64,000 nucleotides of DNA from Lama glama (lineage: Eukaryota), in the NCBI GenBank assembly GCA_028534125.1, contig CM052832.1, positions 11,162,001-11,226,000 of the forward strand, in the 5' to 3' direction. Both the position numbers and the translations under genes were made by a program. The notes under the pieces were generated by a model. That model was not told where the DNA came from. It did no database searches and saw nothing but the letters and a program-made list of their open reading frames with translations. Numbering within the stretch: position 1 is the stretch's first letter; the number at the start of each line of letters is the position of its first letter. Below are positions 1 through 12,749 of this stretch, piece by piece.

Positions 1-165
1 ATGGTGCAAAGGTATATACAGGGGGTGGTGTGTAGCATGGGTTTATAGTGTGATGTGCGTGGTGTGTGCTGATGGCTGTATGTGGTGTGGTATGGATGTG
101 TAGGTGCTGTGTGTATGTACAGCATGTGTAGATGTGTGTTCATTCTCAGGAAACACACACACATG
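1..165. repeat. Degenerate GT/TG-rich low-complexity repeat
   Basis: Imperfect (TG)n/(GTAT)n arrays. Confidence 0.8.
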
Positions 166-859
166 ATTCCACTGACTTCCAAGTCTCTGCAGAGAGAGGA
201 CCCAGCGAGCTCCCAAAATATTTGAGCAGAGGAAACAGTAGTATCACTGATAACCAGCCCACGCTCAGTTGCTAAGGAGCTGCCCAGGCATGATACTCAG
301 GAACTGCTACCACGGGGAAGGCCAGGTCTTAGCCTCAGTCTCCCGTGAACCACACTATGGCCTGAGAGCAGATCCCCGTCAAAAGATGCTCGGACCTGCC
401 ATGGACTAGAGACAGGGTATTCACACTTAGCATCTCATCTAACCTCAAGACAACCCAGCAAGGCCAGTACTTTTGACTGATGAGGACTTTGAGATTCAAA
501 ACAGGAGATGGCACACAAACTAGGGCTCTCTCCTGTAATACACCATCTATTCCAACCCAGTTTCAATTCAGTCCCAGAGCGTGTATGTATTCCTCTGGAG
601 GGGGGTGTCCAGCAGATGTAACTGGGTTTCCCTTGGTGTTTGTTATAACGGGGTGTACACTCCCTCTGCCTCTGCTGTGTGAAATTTTGCTGTTATATTT
701 TAGCCACTTCCCCAACAAGCCTGAGATGGGGGAAAAAACCAAATTGCTGACAATAACGTATCCCCCAAACAATTACATGCTCCACATGTTACAAGATAGG
801 TATTCAGCACACTTTCAGAAAGAAGGATACTAACATTTCCTAAGAGCTAGGCTGGGCTC

Positions 860-1040
860 AAATTTTCACATTAATTATTTCACTTAATTATCCCAACATC
901 TTGCAAAGATTGTATTATACAGTATGACCTGCATTTTCACATATAGGGAAATAAAAGCTTAGAAAAAGTAAGCAACTTGCCCAAGTTAGCAGAGTTCATA
1001 ACACATGTGAACCTCAGTCTAATTGATTCCAAAACTCAGT
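860..1040 (-). mobile_element. MIR SINE
   Basis: Degenerate core cattttcacatatagggaaa...agcaacttgcccaagtt. Confidence 0.65.
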
Positions 1041-1271
1041 AGCCTTCCCACTTAACTGAGATGGCAGCATCCTGGTAAACAGTTGGCACCACCCAGAAGC
1101 CGGGCAGCCTCCTGTGGTGCCCCATCCCATCCCCATCACCCCATCCCAACTCTCAGGGAAGAACTCAGCACTAGTACAGAGAAGCCCTGTTCCCCAGCCA
1201 CAGACAGCAACCCGGCCCCATCATCTTACCGCACACACTGAGTCACAGAAAGGTCCAGGCTGTCCCATCTT

Positions 1272-1433
1272 CTGGGCCAGCCTCTTGGGTGTGCGAGCTG
1301 GGCACCCCCCGAAGGGCCCCCTGCTTGGTTTCAGGCTCTGCTGTCACTGTCTTGAAATCTTTAAAACTTTCTGAACAAGGAGCCTTGCATTTCCATGTTG
1401 CACTGGGCTCCGCAAATCACGCAGCTGGTCCTG
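1272..1433 (+). mobile_element. MER91A-like hAT-Tip100 MITE
   Basis: gaagggcccc...gctctgctgtcactgtcttgaaat...ttgcactgggctccgcaaatcacgcagctggtcctg matches the recalled MER91A consensus. Confidence 0.8.
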
Positions 1434-2052
1434 CCCATCTTCTACAGCAGCCAGCACACGCCGCCTTTCCCAGGAAGAGCAGCCCAGCCAGCCACTCCCT
1501 GTGTGTTTCCAAAAATGTTACCCACAGTCCCTGAATGGACAAGTTACTTTAATCTGGGGTGGCTTCCTGCCCAAACAGCCTTGATAGGCAACTCAGTAAC
1601 TGCTGGGCTGCTCTCCGCCCTGACCTCTCCTCCTCATCCCACCTTATCCCTCCACTGCAGGCTCCCTGCTCACTCTGCCCTAAACGCACCACTGCTCAAG
1701 GCATTAAAATTCCTAGAGGGCACGGACACTTCCGCTTTATCGCCAACTCCCCCTCATCCCCAGGCTCTTTCCGCACACACAGCAGGAACTTGATAGAGCG
1801 GATGGATTAAATACATTGCAGGGTGTTATTTCCTGAATTCTTGACCCTATCAGTTATAAGACCCACCATCAGTGTGATGACTTTACATTACTCAAACACA
1901 AAGGTTGTGTCCTTCTGTGATTGGATAAGTATTCAAAGCAAGAGAATGTGTTAGCTTTGAAATACAGTAAAAAAGTAAAAAAAAAATTTTGCTTGTTCTA
2001 CATTTGGGTTAGTAATATTATCCCCCACCCCAGCCCCATGCCCACTTCTGCT

Positions 2053-2078
2053 TCCTCCTCCTCCTCCTCCTCCTCCTC
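2053..2078 (+). repeat. (CCT)n microsatellite
   Basis: About 8 units, directly visible. Confidence 0.9.
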
Positions 2079-3689
2079 TCCATCCTGATGCACATGCTAC
2101 CGTCTCCAAGCAGCCTTCCTAACCATCCTCCTCTACCTGAGGTCTCCCAGGTAAACTCAGAGACCTTGGTGTCTACTCTGTGTATAGGACACTTCAACAC
2201 AAAGTGCCATGAAGTAGTATCTGATATTTGATGTCTTGTATTAATTCATATTTTTTATACCAACGAGCTTTCCCCCATCTAGATTCAGCCCTATCAGAAC
2301 AGGAAATACCACCATGTATGCAGCAGGTCCTCTTCCCGAAAGAAAACCATCTAATGGCAGGGGGTAGGGGAGGGGGTATCAAGACAGGAGAGTCATTTAC
2401 CCCTGAAGTAAATCTTCATGGCAAACCCAATAAACTCAAGTCCTTCAACATTTTCTTAGAGGCCAGTGGAGGTCAAAGACATCCAAACCTTGGCCAGACA
2501 CGTCAAGAGGAGCCTCAAGTGGCGCTCAGTGAGAGGCAGAGGCACGTGCCTTCACACCCGCAGGGTTAAGTGAGATCTTGGCATTCCCCAAAACAAGACG
2601 CAGACGTTTTCATGTTTGTTTCTACTCCCTGCCCTTTCCAGCAAACAAAAGCTATCTTGCATGTAAAAGGCATGAGATAGCCTTCCTCTCTGTGCCTCTA
2701 GGAATGGGACGTTTCCTCTGAGGGAAAGGAGACTTCAGCTCCAGGACTTCAGGCTACAGAAGCCGGGGTTTCCTCTCAGAACCCAGATCACCCCCTTAGA
2801 GTTTCAAGCTCTGGCAACAGTCTCCGCGTGGACTCCTCCATTCGAAGTCACCTTCCTTTGACTCTGACGTCTCCGTGAGCCGTGCCTCGATTCTCTTTAC
2901 CAAGCGGGCTTCATTTACCCAGCAAGGCACCTAATGTCTCTCCCCGTCGCCCCCTCCTCAGTCCCCCACCTCCCCTGCACGCTGCACTTCTGCGTACCAG
3001 TATCACGTCTTTCCATCCTGTCCCCTCCAAAGGCCCTCTTCATGGCGTTTCAGAACACCATGAAATCCGACCAGCCTGTCCCCACACTCCTCTCTCTCTC
3101 ACCTCTTTAATTTCAACCAGCTGGTTCCCCTGTTGGGCGCACCTCCTCCCATCCCCCCCATCCTCCTGGCCAGTCACCTGCAAGCCTCGCTCCCTTCCCC
3201 ACAGGTGTGGGTGAGGCACCCCTCCTTAGCATCCCACGTTCCTCCCATCAGACAGAGCCGCTTTCTGAATTACAGTCACTCTCACTGAGCTATGACCTCC
3301 TTGAGGTTGGGGACAGTGTCCCACAGCCTCTCAGGAACCCTGCGCCTAGCACAGAATGGGACACACAGCAGACACGCTGGGGCTTCACCAAGGTTCCCAC
3401 CTCGGGTCTCTGTCCTTCTCCCTCCCAACAAACCTTCCATCTCCTTATTTCAGACGAATTCAGCAGTGGTCACTCCAAAATCCTCCCTTCCCATCTCCAG
3501 CTCCTTATTTCCAACTACCCACATTTCTACTTAGAAGGGCTGGCACCATGCCCACCAACTTCCTCTCAAACCGCCTTCATCCCCTCCCCCTTCAGACCAC
3601 CCTGCTTTTTTCTGGGAGTGACACCACAGTCCTGAGGTTCAAAACCACAGAGTCATCATTAACTCTTTCTTTGTCTTGAGAGCTGCTAT

Positions 3690-3825
3690 ATCTCAGGCTT
3701 TTACATGTATTATCTCATTTGATTCTCACATGAAACCTTCAGAAGTGGCTATTAGCATCCTAACTTTACAGACAAGGAAACAGGCTCAGAGAGGTCAAGT
3801 GACCTGTCCAAGGTCTCAAGTGCAG
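3690..3825 (-). mobile_element. MIR SINE
   Basis: tttacagacaaggaaacaggctcagagaggtcaagtgacctgtccaagg core. Confidence 0.8.
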
Positions 3826-4619
3826 AACTGACTGGGCTGGGACGAGGGCAGGTTTTGACAGGCTGTGCGAAAGCCCACCAAGCATGCGCACGCACACACA
3901 CGCTGTTCCCTTCTTTACGTTATAAATTATCCAGTCAGTCTCCACGCCCAGTTGAATCTACTTATACATGCTTCCTGTATGGGCCCTTTGATCACCCATG
4001 TGGATGCTCAGGCCCCATTCAGACACACAGGGCATGGCTGTGTGGTCACAGAGTCGGGGGTGGGGTCCTGGGGGGTTGGGGCATGAGTCCTGCACGTCTG
4101 GCTGGAGGCAATGACTTCACCGCAAGCTCCTTCAGTGAGCTGGTACGTGCTCTCAGCTTGGAACCATTTCTTCCAGGCATCATCCTTTCTTACCTGTTGG
4201 GTTGCCCTCCAGCCCAGGCTGCGGCTGGCCCCTTCCTTCTGGCCTCCATCTGCACCCCTCTCACTCCTCCTTTTAGCCCCAGGCCAAAAGGTTCAACAAG
4301 CTACCCTCTAGGAGCACAGCGTGGGTTTCCAGCTTCCTTCCCTCAATTTAGCTCTTTGTTTTCCCACTCTCAGCAAGAGATCTCCTAGGAAAATGCATCC
4401 TAAGAGGTTCTCCACGACACAGATCCCAGGGCCCCACTCTGAGTTTCTGGGTGAGAGGATCTCGGGTGAGGACCTAGAGCATTTTAACAAGTTCCCCAGG
4501 GGACTGGGATGCAGGTGGTTTCATTCACTCTCCGTTCTCTTCCCAGCTATCTCACCACACTTATACAAACCTGTTTTCACAATTCACCCCTTCTTTCCAG
4601 AGTTGGGATCAGATTCCCC

Positions 4620-4877
4620 AGGTTCTCACCCCTGACTGCACAGGAGACTCATGGAGGCATTTTGGAAAATACTGATGCCTAGATCCAACCAGAACAAATT
4701 AAAACAAAATCCCTGGGTGGGCAGCTCATCCCTGCTTTTCCCAGGATTGTCCCAGTTTTAATACAGAAAGTCCCACATTCCAGGGACTCTCTCAGTCCTG
4801 GGAAACCTGGATCAGCTGTTCATGCTACCGGGCTCTGGTATTTGTAAATCTCTCCATGTGATTCTAATTTGCAGCCA
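4620..4877. mobile_element. MER5-family hAT-Charlie MITE, interrupted by MER94 and L1 (remainder resumes at about 5643)
   Basis: ggttctca... start and ...tgattctaatttgcagcca near the end. Confidence 0.6.
4715..4827 (+). mobile_element. MER94-like hAT-Blackjack MITE nested in MER5
   Basis: ccaggattgtcccagttttaatacagaaagtcccacattccagggactctctcagtcctggga matches the recalled MER94 consensus. Confidence 0.7.
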
Positions 4878-5150
4878 ATGGAGAGAGTGTGGAGAAAAGG
4901 GAAGCCTCCTACAGTGTTGGTGGGAATGTAATTTGGTGCAGCCACTGTGGAGAACAGTATGCAGGTTCCTTAAAAAATTAAAAGAGTTATCATATGATCC
5001 AGCAATCCTACTCCTGGGCATATATCCAGAGAAAACTCCAACTGGAAAAGACACATGCACCCCAATGTTCATAGCAGCACCATAATAGCTAAGACATGGT
5101 AGCAACCTTAATGTCCACTGGCAGATGAATGGATAAAGATGTGGTATATA

Positions 5151-5182
<32 letters not shown>

Positions 5183-5629
5183 CATATACACATATACACA
5201 GTGGAATATTACTCAGCCATAAAAAGAATGAAATAATGCCATTTGCGTCAACATGGATGGACCTAGAGATTATCATACTAAGTGAAGTAGGTCAGAGAAA
5301 GACAAATATATGATATCACTTGTATGTGGAATCTAAAATAAGATACAAACAAACTCATTTACAAAAAAGAAACAGACTCAGACATAGAAAACAAACTTAC
5401 GGTTACCAAAGGGGAAATGCAGGGGGGAGAGAGAAATTAGTTGGGATTAGCAGATGCAAACTACTACATATAAACAAATAAACAACAAGCCCCAACTGTA
5501 TAACATGGGGAACTATACTCAGTATCTTGTAATAACCTATAATGGAAAAGAATCTATATAACTGAAATCACTCTGCCATACACCAGAAACTAACACAACA
5601 TTGTAAATAAACTGTACTTCAGTAAAAAA
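4878..5629 (+). mobile_element. 5'-truncated L1 (end of ORF2 plus 3' UTR), cetartiodactyl-type
   Basis: ORF2 C-terminal peptide ([15 protein letters not shown]...[12 protein letters not shown]), internal (TA)n, short A tail, and 13-bp TSD taatt[t/c]gcagcca at 4865-4877 and 5630-5642. Confidence 0.95.
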
Positions 5630-7959
5630 TAATTCGCAGCCACGCTTGCCAAACACCCGGACTCCATCTGGGTCAAGAGACGCCTCTCTCAGTCAGCCAG
5701 CTCCCCCCGGCAGTCCCTCCAGGCAGCGCTGACCTGCCTTGTGTTTTCACTCAGCTCAGGTGATCTCAAAATGGGCCCCAGAACAGCAACATCAGTGTCA
5801 TCTGGGACCCTGTTTAAAAAAAAAAAAAAGGTAGGACCAATTCCAAATAATTTGCTGTTCTCTCAGCTACAGAGAGATCCCTTGTGAATCCCTACCCAGA
5901 GCCGTGGACATTTACTGACTTGAGTGAAGTGAGGACTAAGGAGTTAACTGGTGGTAGAGGTTTGAGGCTGGGAGGTCAGTCCTAGTGGTGATCAGAGAGG
6001 GCTGGGTTTTGATTCAGATGCAACAAACATTTACAGACCACTAACCAACTAAATGGCTTGGTTATGCCATCTCATTAAACTCAACCCTAATTCTGTCCAG
6101 TATATGGTATTGGGGTTTTGTGTAAAACTTTCCTCTTCTGGCTCAAGTTCAGGACCAGTTGAGAAACAGATACATGAAGCAAACAGAGGTCACAGTATCA
6201 GCCACATTCCTGATAAAGCTGTGGGAGGACCTGTCTCTCTCTCTGGCCAAATGGACTTCCTAATATTTCACCCGTAAGTGAGGCCAGCTGACACATCTAG
6301 TCTTTGGCATAGAAGGATGACTATGGACACTCCTGCAGGAGCAGGCTCCCGACCTCATCACCAGAGCCGGCCAGATGCACCCACCCTGCAGATAGCAGAT
6401 CCTGGGGAGGGGAGGGAGTGTTTAGCAGGCCCAGCTCATAGCTTCTCCCAGAGTCATTGGTTAGAGATGCCTCGCCTCTTCCCTTGAGGGATTGATGGGG
6501 AGGGAGAGGCCAGGGTTCTCCACTCCCATGTACATTAGAGCCACTCACGCCCTAATCCCACCCCCAGAAATGCTGGCCTGGTCTGGGGAGGAAGCCGGGC
6601 AGTGATCGTTTATAAAAGCTCCCCAGGTGATGCTAAGGTGCGTTAATACTGAGTAACCACACTTGGGAGATCCTCTTCCAGAAAAGAGGGGCCAGGGACG
6701 CTCCTCTCTAAGGGCTGGGCTTGCTCCTACTTCACAACCAGGGAAACAAGCCCTTGGGAACCTTGAGCATCTTGCCCTATGCCCAGAGCTAGTCAAGAGT
6801 CCTACAGATGAGTAATGGCAAGAGAATGAATCAGTTTTCTCCAAATCTCGGGTGGACTTGGAAGTTTGCAGCCAGAATGGAGCCAGCCCAGCTAAACCTG
6901 TGGTTCTAGCACCTCCTGGAGGGCTTAGTAAATGCAGCTGACTGGGCCCCACCCCCAGAATCTCTGATTCAGCAGGAGGGCTGTGGAGCTCTGGAAAGAG
7001 AAGGGCACAGGCTTCTGAGTTGGGCAGACGTGGGTTCTTGCCACAGTTCTGCCACCAACGGTAAGCATGGCCTTGCCTGGGGTTCACCGAAGCTCTCTGG
7101 GGCTCAGTTTCCTCACTGGGCAAATAGCAACCACAGGAATGATAACCTCATGTGTTTTTCATGAGCTGAATCAGGTCGCACAATGCCCCTGGTATGGCGC
7201 ATGGCATGTAGTGGGAAAGGAGATGAATTGTAGCTGTTGATCATTATTTGTAGACGTTGTTATTCAGGGATGGCTTCTTTGAAAAGACTGGGAGGAGGTT
7301 TTGGATGCAGGCAAGAAAACCAAGAGGCAGAACACCAAAGAGAGAGTGTGCCAAGTCTTAAAGGATGCAGGAGGGGAGCCAGGAACAGAGCAGACGCCAG
7401 TGCACAGAAGGGACAAGGGAACAGTGTGCAGAGGTGGGGGTCGGCTGCGGATCTGGCTGCGAGAGGCTGGGGTTCAGTCACCCAAAATAGAACTCCCTCC
7501 TCTCCAAGCTCCCCACTCCCTATCTCTCTAGGCCACACTTCACATGCCTCTGTCCAGACTCATTTGTTACAACTGCCCCTACGTTGCCCCCCCAACCCCT
7601 GCCCTAGGGATTCAAGGAATCTTAGCAATGTGTTCAGTTCCAAGTGCGGGAGGAAAAGAAGCAAAATTAAAAGGGGAAAACCCTCTCCCTAGGCCTGGGT
7701 CTTGGGATGACTTACCATAGCCTCCCCCGCAAGGTCTTCCTCTTCCCCAAAAGATGGCCATTCTGAGTCAGTATTTTGTTAGAAGTCTCCAGACCAACCA
7801 GGGTACCAATGGTCTCCCTGCACCCAACCACAAAGCCCCTTCTGCTGTCTGCCAACCCATGTCCTTTCCCTCTTTCATAACTAGACTCAAAGCACATCTC
7901 TCTGAAGTCTTCCCTGATGAACTTCCCTTGATTGCAAGAGTTCTTTCCCCCATGGGTGC

Positions 7960-8600
7960 GTCCATTCATTCCATACATGTTTACTGAGCATCTGCTCTTG
8001 TAACAGAGAAGAACAAACATGACTCCAGATTGGGTCTATTCCTTTAGCTCTAACCCTCAGGCTCTGTTGCCTGTGCTGAGTCATGTTGGCTCTGCACTTT
8101 TGTCAAAGAATGTTACCTAGATTCTGAAATACCCAGGATAGCCCATTCTCAAGGCTCTGATCTTTAAAAGTATAACACTTTTCCATTCACATAGAGATAA
8201 TAAGTTGCAGAACAGAAAATAACAATTGTCTTATTGGAGGTTTATAGGAACACTGTGACCAGATCTACGGGGACAGTTAAAAGAGAAAAGGATTTCTGCA
8301 CCAAGAAGTTTGCAACAACCAGCCATACTCCCTCCCCTTTTAGTATGAAAGAAGCCTGAATTCTAACTTGGGTACATGGTTCTTTAGGGTGCTGGTCTGT
8401 CGTCGTCTCGGTCTGCTGGCTTTCTGAATTAAGTTGCTAGTCGTTGCCCCAAAACCTCATCTCTCAACTTATTGACTTGTCCTGCCGCAAGCAGTCCAAG
8501 CTAGGACTCAGTCTGTAACAGTCTGTGACTAGGCACTGTGCCAGGCAGTAGGGATTCTGATACAAAAAAAAACAGTGCCTGCCCTCCTGCAGCCTGCAGA
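7960..8600 (-). mobile_element. L2 3'-end fragment split by a solo LTR
   Basis: cattcattcc...tttactgagcatctgctct rejoins with gtgactaggcactgtgccagg across the LTR. Confidence 0.65.
7999..8520 (+). mobile_element. Solo ERV1-class LTR (about 520 bp)
   Basis: TGTAACA...TAACA termini, near-match 4-bp TSD (ctct/gtct), and a MER41-like U5 end. Confidence 0.75.
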
Positions 8601-9016
8601 AGAGAGCACTAGAGTTGGACCTCATACAGTCAGTCGTAAGGAGAGAACAAGGTCCCCTGGCATGTTCTTCAAGTTCATGCTCATGCTCTTCAATCCTTTT
8701 TTTTTTCCTTCCAAACATGAGAAGAGACCTCCCAGCCTCTGATGAGATGTACCAAATCTTTGCCCTCTTTGTCTTGCACACACAAACCACACCAAAAAAA
8801 ATACACCTGTATCAGGCACAGATAACACACTTAATGGTTCCATGTTGCTTTCCTATAGACTTGAGACTCAGCGCATGTCATCTTCAGTAACTGACTCAGC
8901 CCTTCTATCTGGTATCTTAAGGACCATCTCAACCTACGCTGGTTGACCTGCTTGGATGTACCAGGCACAGGAGATAAGAGGTGAATAAGATCTTTCTGAG
9001 CACCTAGAGATGACAA

Positions 9017-9658
9017 TGTAACTGAGTGGGACCCTATGGGGCCTTCCCAGGACCCTGTTATGTCCCCCTTCATGTCCTCCACCTGCCATTTGTCTGTAGA
9101 AAACTTTGTCTCCTAGGCTTCCCTGAATTCCAAAGAGTACACTGAGTCAGAGAAGTGAGAAAATACGGAAAGAAAGGAAAACAGTCAAGCAAGACAAAAA
9201 GTAATAGTTTAGCCATCAAAGTCAAGGAAGTTTAGTTCCTTCTCAAGGGCTCTAGGTAATATTCTGAGCCATGTCCTTTGAGCTGGTTTGCAGAGACTGA
9301 AACCCCCACCAGGTGGAAGAACTTAACTGCATGCTGCCCATAAGCAGGGAGACCCCAGACTCTTTGGAACCAGAAGGTTGATGATGTTGACTCCCCCACG
9401 ATCTCACCACCAGCCAATCAGAAGAATCTGCTAGCTGATTGCGCACCCCACAACCCTTCTCCCCTTCTCCCTCACCCTATCTTTAAACACCTTCTCTTGA
9501 AAGCCTCTGAGGAATTTAGGCCTTTTAAGCACTAGTTTCCCTGGACTCCTTGCTTGGTGCCCTGCAATAAATCCTGCACTTTCCTTCACCACAACCTGGT
9601 GTCAGGAGATTGGCTTTACCACAAGCGGGCAAGCAGACCCAAGTTTGGTTTGGTAACA
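9017..9658 (+). mobile_element. Solo ERV1-class LTR (about 640 bp)
   Basis: TGTAAC...GGTAACA termini, near-match TSD acaa/acag, CCAAT near 9414, AATAAA at 9566-9571, inserted in an L2-like remnant. Confidence 0.8.
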
Positions 9659-10059
9659 ACAGTCTAGTGGGAGAGCCAGGCACATAATCAGATAGTCATA
9701 GTATAATATGGGAGGCACACAGGTAAGGCACTGCGATGTGAGTGGAGAGGGGCATCTGATACAGCCTGGTTGTTGACCAGGAGGACACCAGGGGAGGCTT
9801 CCTGGAGGAGGCAGTGAAGAGAAGCAGTAAATATGAAATTGTGCCTATGCAGTGGCTTGGCTCCTGCCATTTCAGTTTCTCTTAATCATGTCTCATGACT
9901 GTGCTCCCTTCCCTTCCTTCTCAGGATGCCCCAGGCAATGGGGATTTTGGGAAAATGAATCCATGTGCATGCGGTATGACTGTGGGTGGATTTTCTTCCC
10001 CCTCCTTTTACTTAAAGTTAACATGATAACACCAATAACTGATTATGTAAGAAGAGCTA

Positions 10060-10460
10060 AATATATAAAGCAAAAGGTTATTTCCGCTGGCTATTTTTAA
10101 GTGGTGCCCAGATACCCGCCTTGGCCTTTCAACTCCCGTGTAACTGAAGGCCAGGGCTGAATTTTCAAATGTTGCACCACGATCCTTCAGAGCTGGAAAA
10201 CAGCTCCTGGCAGATAGAAAAGGGCAGGGCTGCGGCTGACTTGAGCGCTGAGTCAGGGCTGTACCAGGCTCTGCACAAAGCAGCTACAGCTGCGAGTCAA
10301 AGGCCTCTTTAACGAGGGAAGCCGAGCGGGGAGGCGGCTGTCAACCCCTTCTCGTCGTGCAGTCCTCCCCACAGGTAGCGAGGATCATCGTTCCTGTCCA
10401 GACTGCATGAGCACAGAAAGAGGAACGCTGTGAAGACGTTAGAGCTGCCACTAAGGACCT
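10060..10460. promoter_or_regulatory. Candidate intronic enhancer (MEF2, AP-1/ARE, ETS, GATA motifs)
   Basis: CTATTTTTAA at 10091-10100, GCTGAGTCA at 10247-10255, locally retained CpGs, non-repetitive sequence. Confidence 0.45.
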
Positions 10461-12749
10461 CTAAGACCTTGGGGAAATTAACTTCCTTAAGCCTCACCGT
10501 CTTCGTCAGTCAAGAGAGAATATGACTGACACCCCCATCAGGTAGGCACGAGGAGTAACCGGCAACTCAGGAATAATACCGCACGTCTGATACACAGTAT
10601 TTTACAAGGAAGATATTAAAATATTTCCCAATACACTTTGCCTCTGGGAAATCCAGGTTTTTTTGGGGTTTTTTTTTTGTTTGCTTGTTTGTTTTTCCCT
10701 TTCTCCTGTACCCTTCTAATATCAGTGCTAAGCCACAGCCTTATTTTCTCTGGTCAAAGAAGACAACCTCAAAACAAAAAGGTCAGTAGAGCAGGGAACG
10801 GTCGCTAAGAGGCAATGTTGTTTTCTCTGGACAGACGAGGAAACAGAAAACCTTTCCAGGACTAGGAAGCAAAGGGGGCCAGGATTCCACTCTCTTCCAC
10901 ACCTAGGGGAGGGACATCATTAGAAAGGACCCGATGACTTGGAGAATCCCAGAACAGGGAATCACACCTGGGGAAATGCCACGCCCCTTGGAGAAGCCCT
11001 GCCTTCAGCTGGGCTCAAAGCAACACAGCCCTGCCAGGGGCAGGTTAGCAAGGACTGGGGGCTGTCCTCAGGCCCACCCATCCAAAGCCTCACATCCAGG
11101 CAACAGCCAGACACTCAGGCCCTCCAGGGGCAGCAGGTGTCCTAGGAGAGCCAGGGGGCCTGAGGAAGACCAGGCTTCAGCAGAGGGTGCCAGGTCCCAC
11201 GTCAAAAGCCCCGGGCACAAGACCAGACCTGGCCCCATCAGTAGATTTCAGCACAGGGGACAGAGAGGCAGAGGGAACACAGGACATGTCAGGGGACATC
11301 AGCAGGGGCCCTGTGGCCCCCAGGCCCTCCCTGACAGCCTGAAGAAAGCTGGAGTTTCCCAGCAAGCAGACCTCAAGGGGAGGGGAGGGTGATCCTGGGG
11401 AGATGCTTTACAGGGAGTCTGAATCCTGACTTCACTGGACCGTGAGCCACTGTATCACATCAGGAGAGACTAAAGGACCTTTATTTACCAAGCTAAGATT
11501 TTTATTGCAAGTTATCAATTACAGCAAGTAATTACTTTCTCCGGATCTTCTGGGCAGGGATGTAAGCAGCAGGCTGTATTGATGCAGTGGGTTCTGAGCC
11601 CCACTCCTAGTATACCTCTTCCTGATGTGAAGCTGTCACTTTCTGTTCCATCAGCATTGAGGTGACAATCTCAATTGTCCTGCATTAGGTGGAAGGTTGT
11701 TTTGGTGACCTTTGCATAATTTTGAAAATCTGCAATTCCAAATCTGGGAATCCTGTTCACCACCCACCTCCTGAGAAGGTGGTGATGTGCACGCAGTATG
11801 ATTTGATTTCAAAGCTAGCGACAACTCTCTTGTCCCTCAAATACACCCACTTTTTTCCTCACTGCTTGAAATTCCACTTAAGTTGTGCTGTTTTGGCTTT
11901 AGACTTTGATTCTATGTTAAAATCCGTTATCAGTCTTTTCAAGTGCAGAGATTACATAACACATTCATATACTTTATCCACTTGGTTTTCACAATAGCCC
12001 TGTGAGGTAGGAGAGTGGCATTGTCTCCTTTTGGGAAAAGAAATACAGAGGAAAGACTGATTTGGGAGCTAGAGAGGCTGGGTTTGAGCCCCAGCTGTAA
12101 CTCATTCACTGTGTGACCTTGAACAGGGATGCACCTTCTCGGAACTTCATTTTTCTCCTTACAGAGGATTACAATTTTACTTTACAGAGTGGTTGCCAGG
12201 ATTAGAGAGAATATTTTCATTCATTCATTCATCTGTCCATTCACCCATTCATCATTTATTTATTCTACAAATATTTTTTCTCCAGCACATGTTGACTTGT
12301 ATATGTATTCACCAGCCATTTCAGCCATTTTCAAGTCTTCAGTAAATATTAGCTGCTATCATCACCATCATCATAGCTAAATAGGTTATTCTCAGATTGA
12401 CACAGAGGGAAGGAAGTTGAGGACAAGAGCAAGAAACAGTCCTAGGAGAGCTGAGGGAGCCTGGTGCAGAGAGGAGAGGAAGAAACAGAGGGGAGGGGAG
12501 AGTTGCAGCCTCTGGGACTCAGGCGTCACCTGGAGTTTTTAACCCTCTCCTATTATTCTGTGCAAGTGTCATCAAGCCCTCCCTTCTCACTCAGGTTTAA
12601 TTTGTTCAGCCCTTTTCTCACCAAGGGGACTGCAGAGGAAGGGGCACCAGGGTACTTGCCCCCTTAGCACCTGCCTTGCCTGTCCAGATAGGGTCGTGAA
12701 GGGCCGCTCAGCTGCCTGCCCACTTCCTGTCCGCGTGGCCTTGGCGTTC

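Noticed and set aside
4812..5276. 154-aa minus-strand ORF and similar ORFs at 48.8-49.4 kb and 58.4-59.4 kb
   Set aside because: Sense or antisense translations of L1 ORF2 and 3' UTR remnants.
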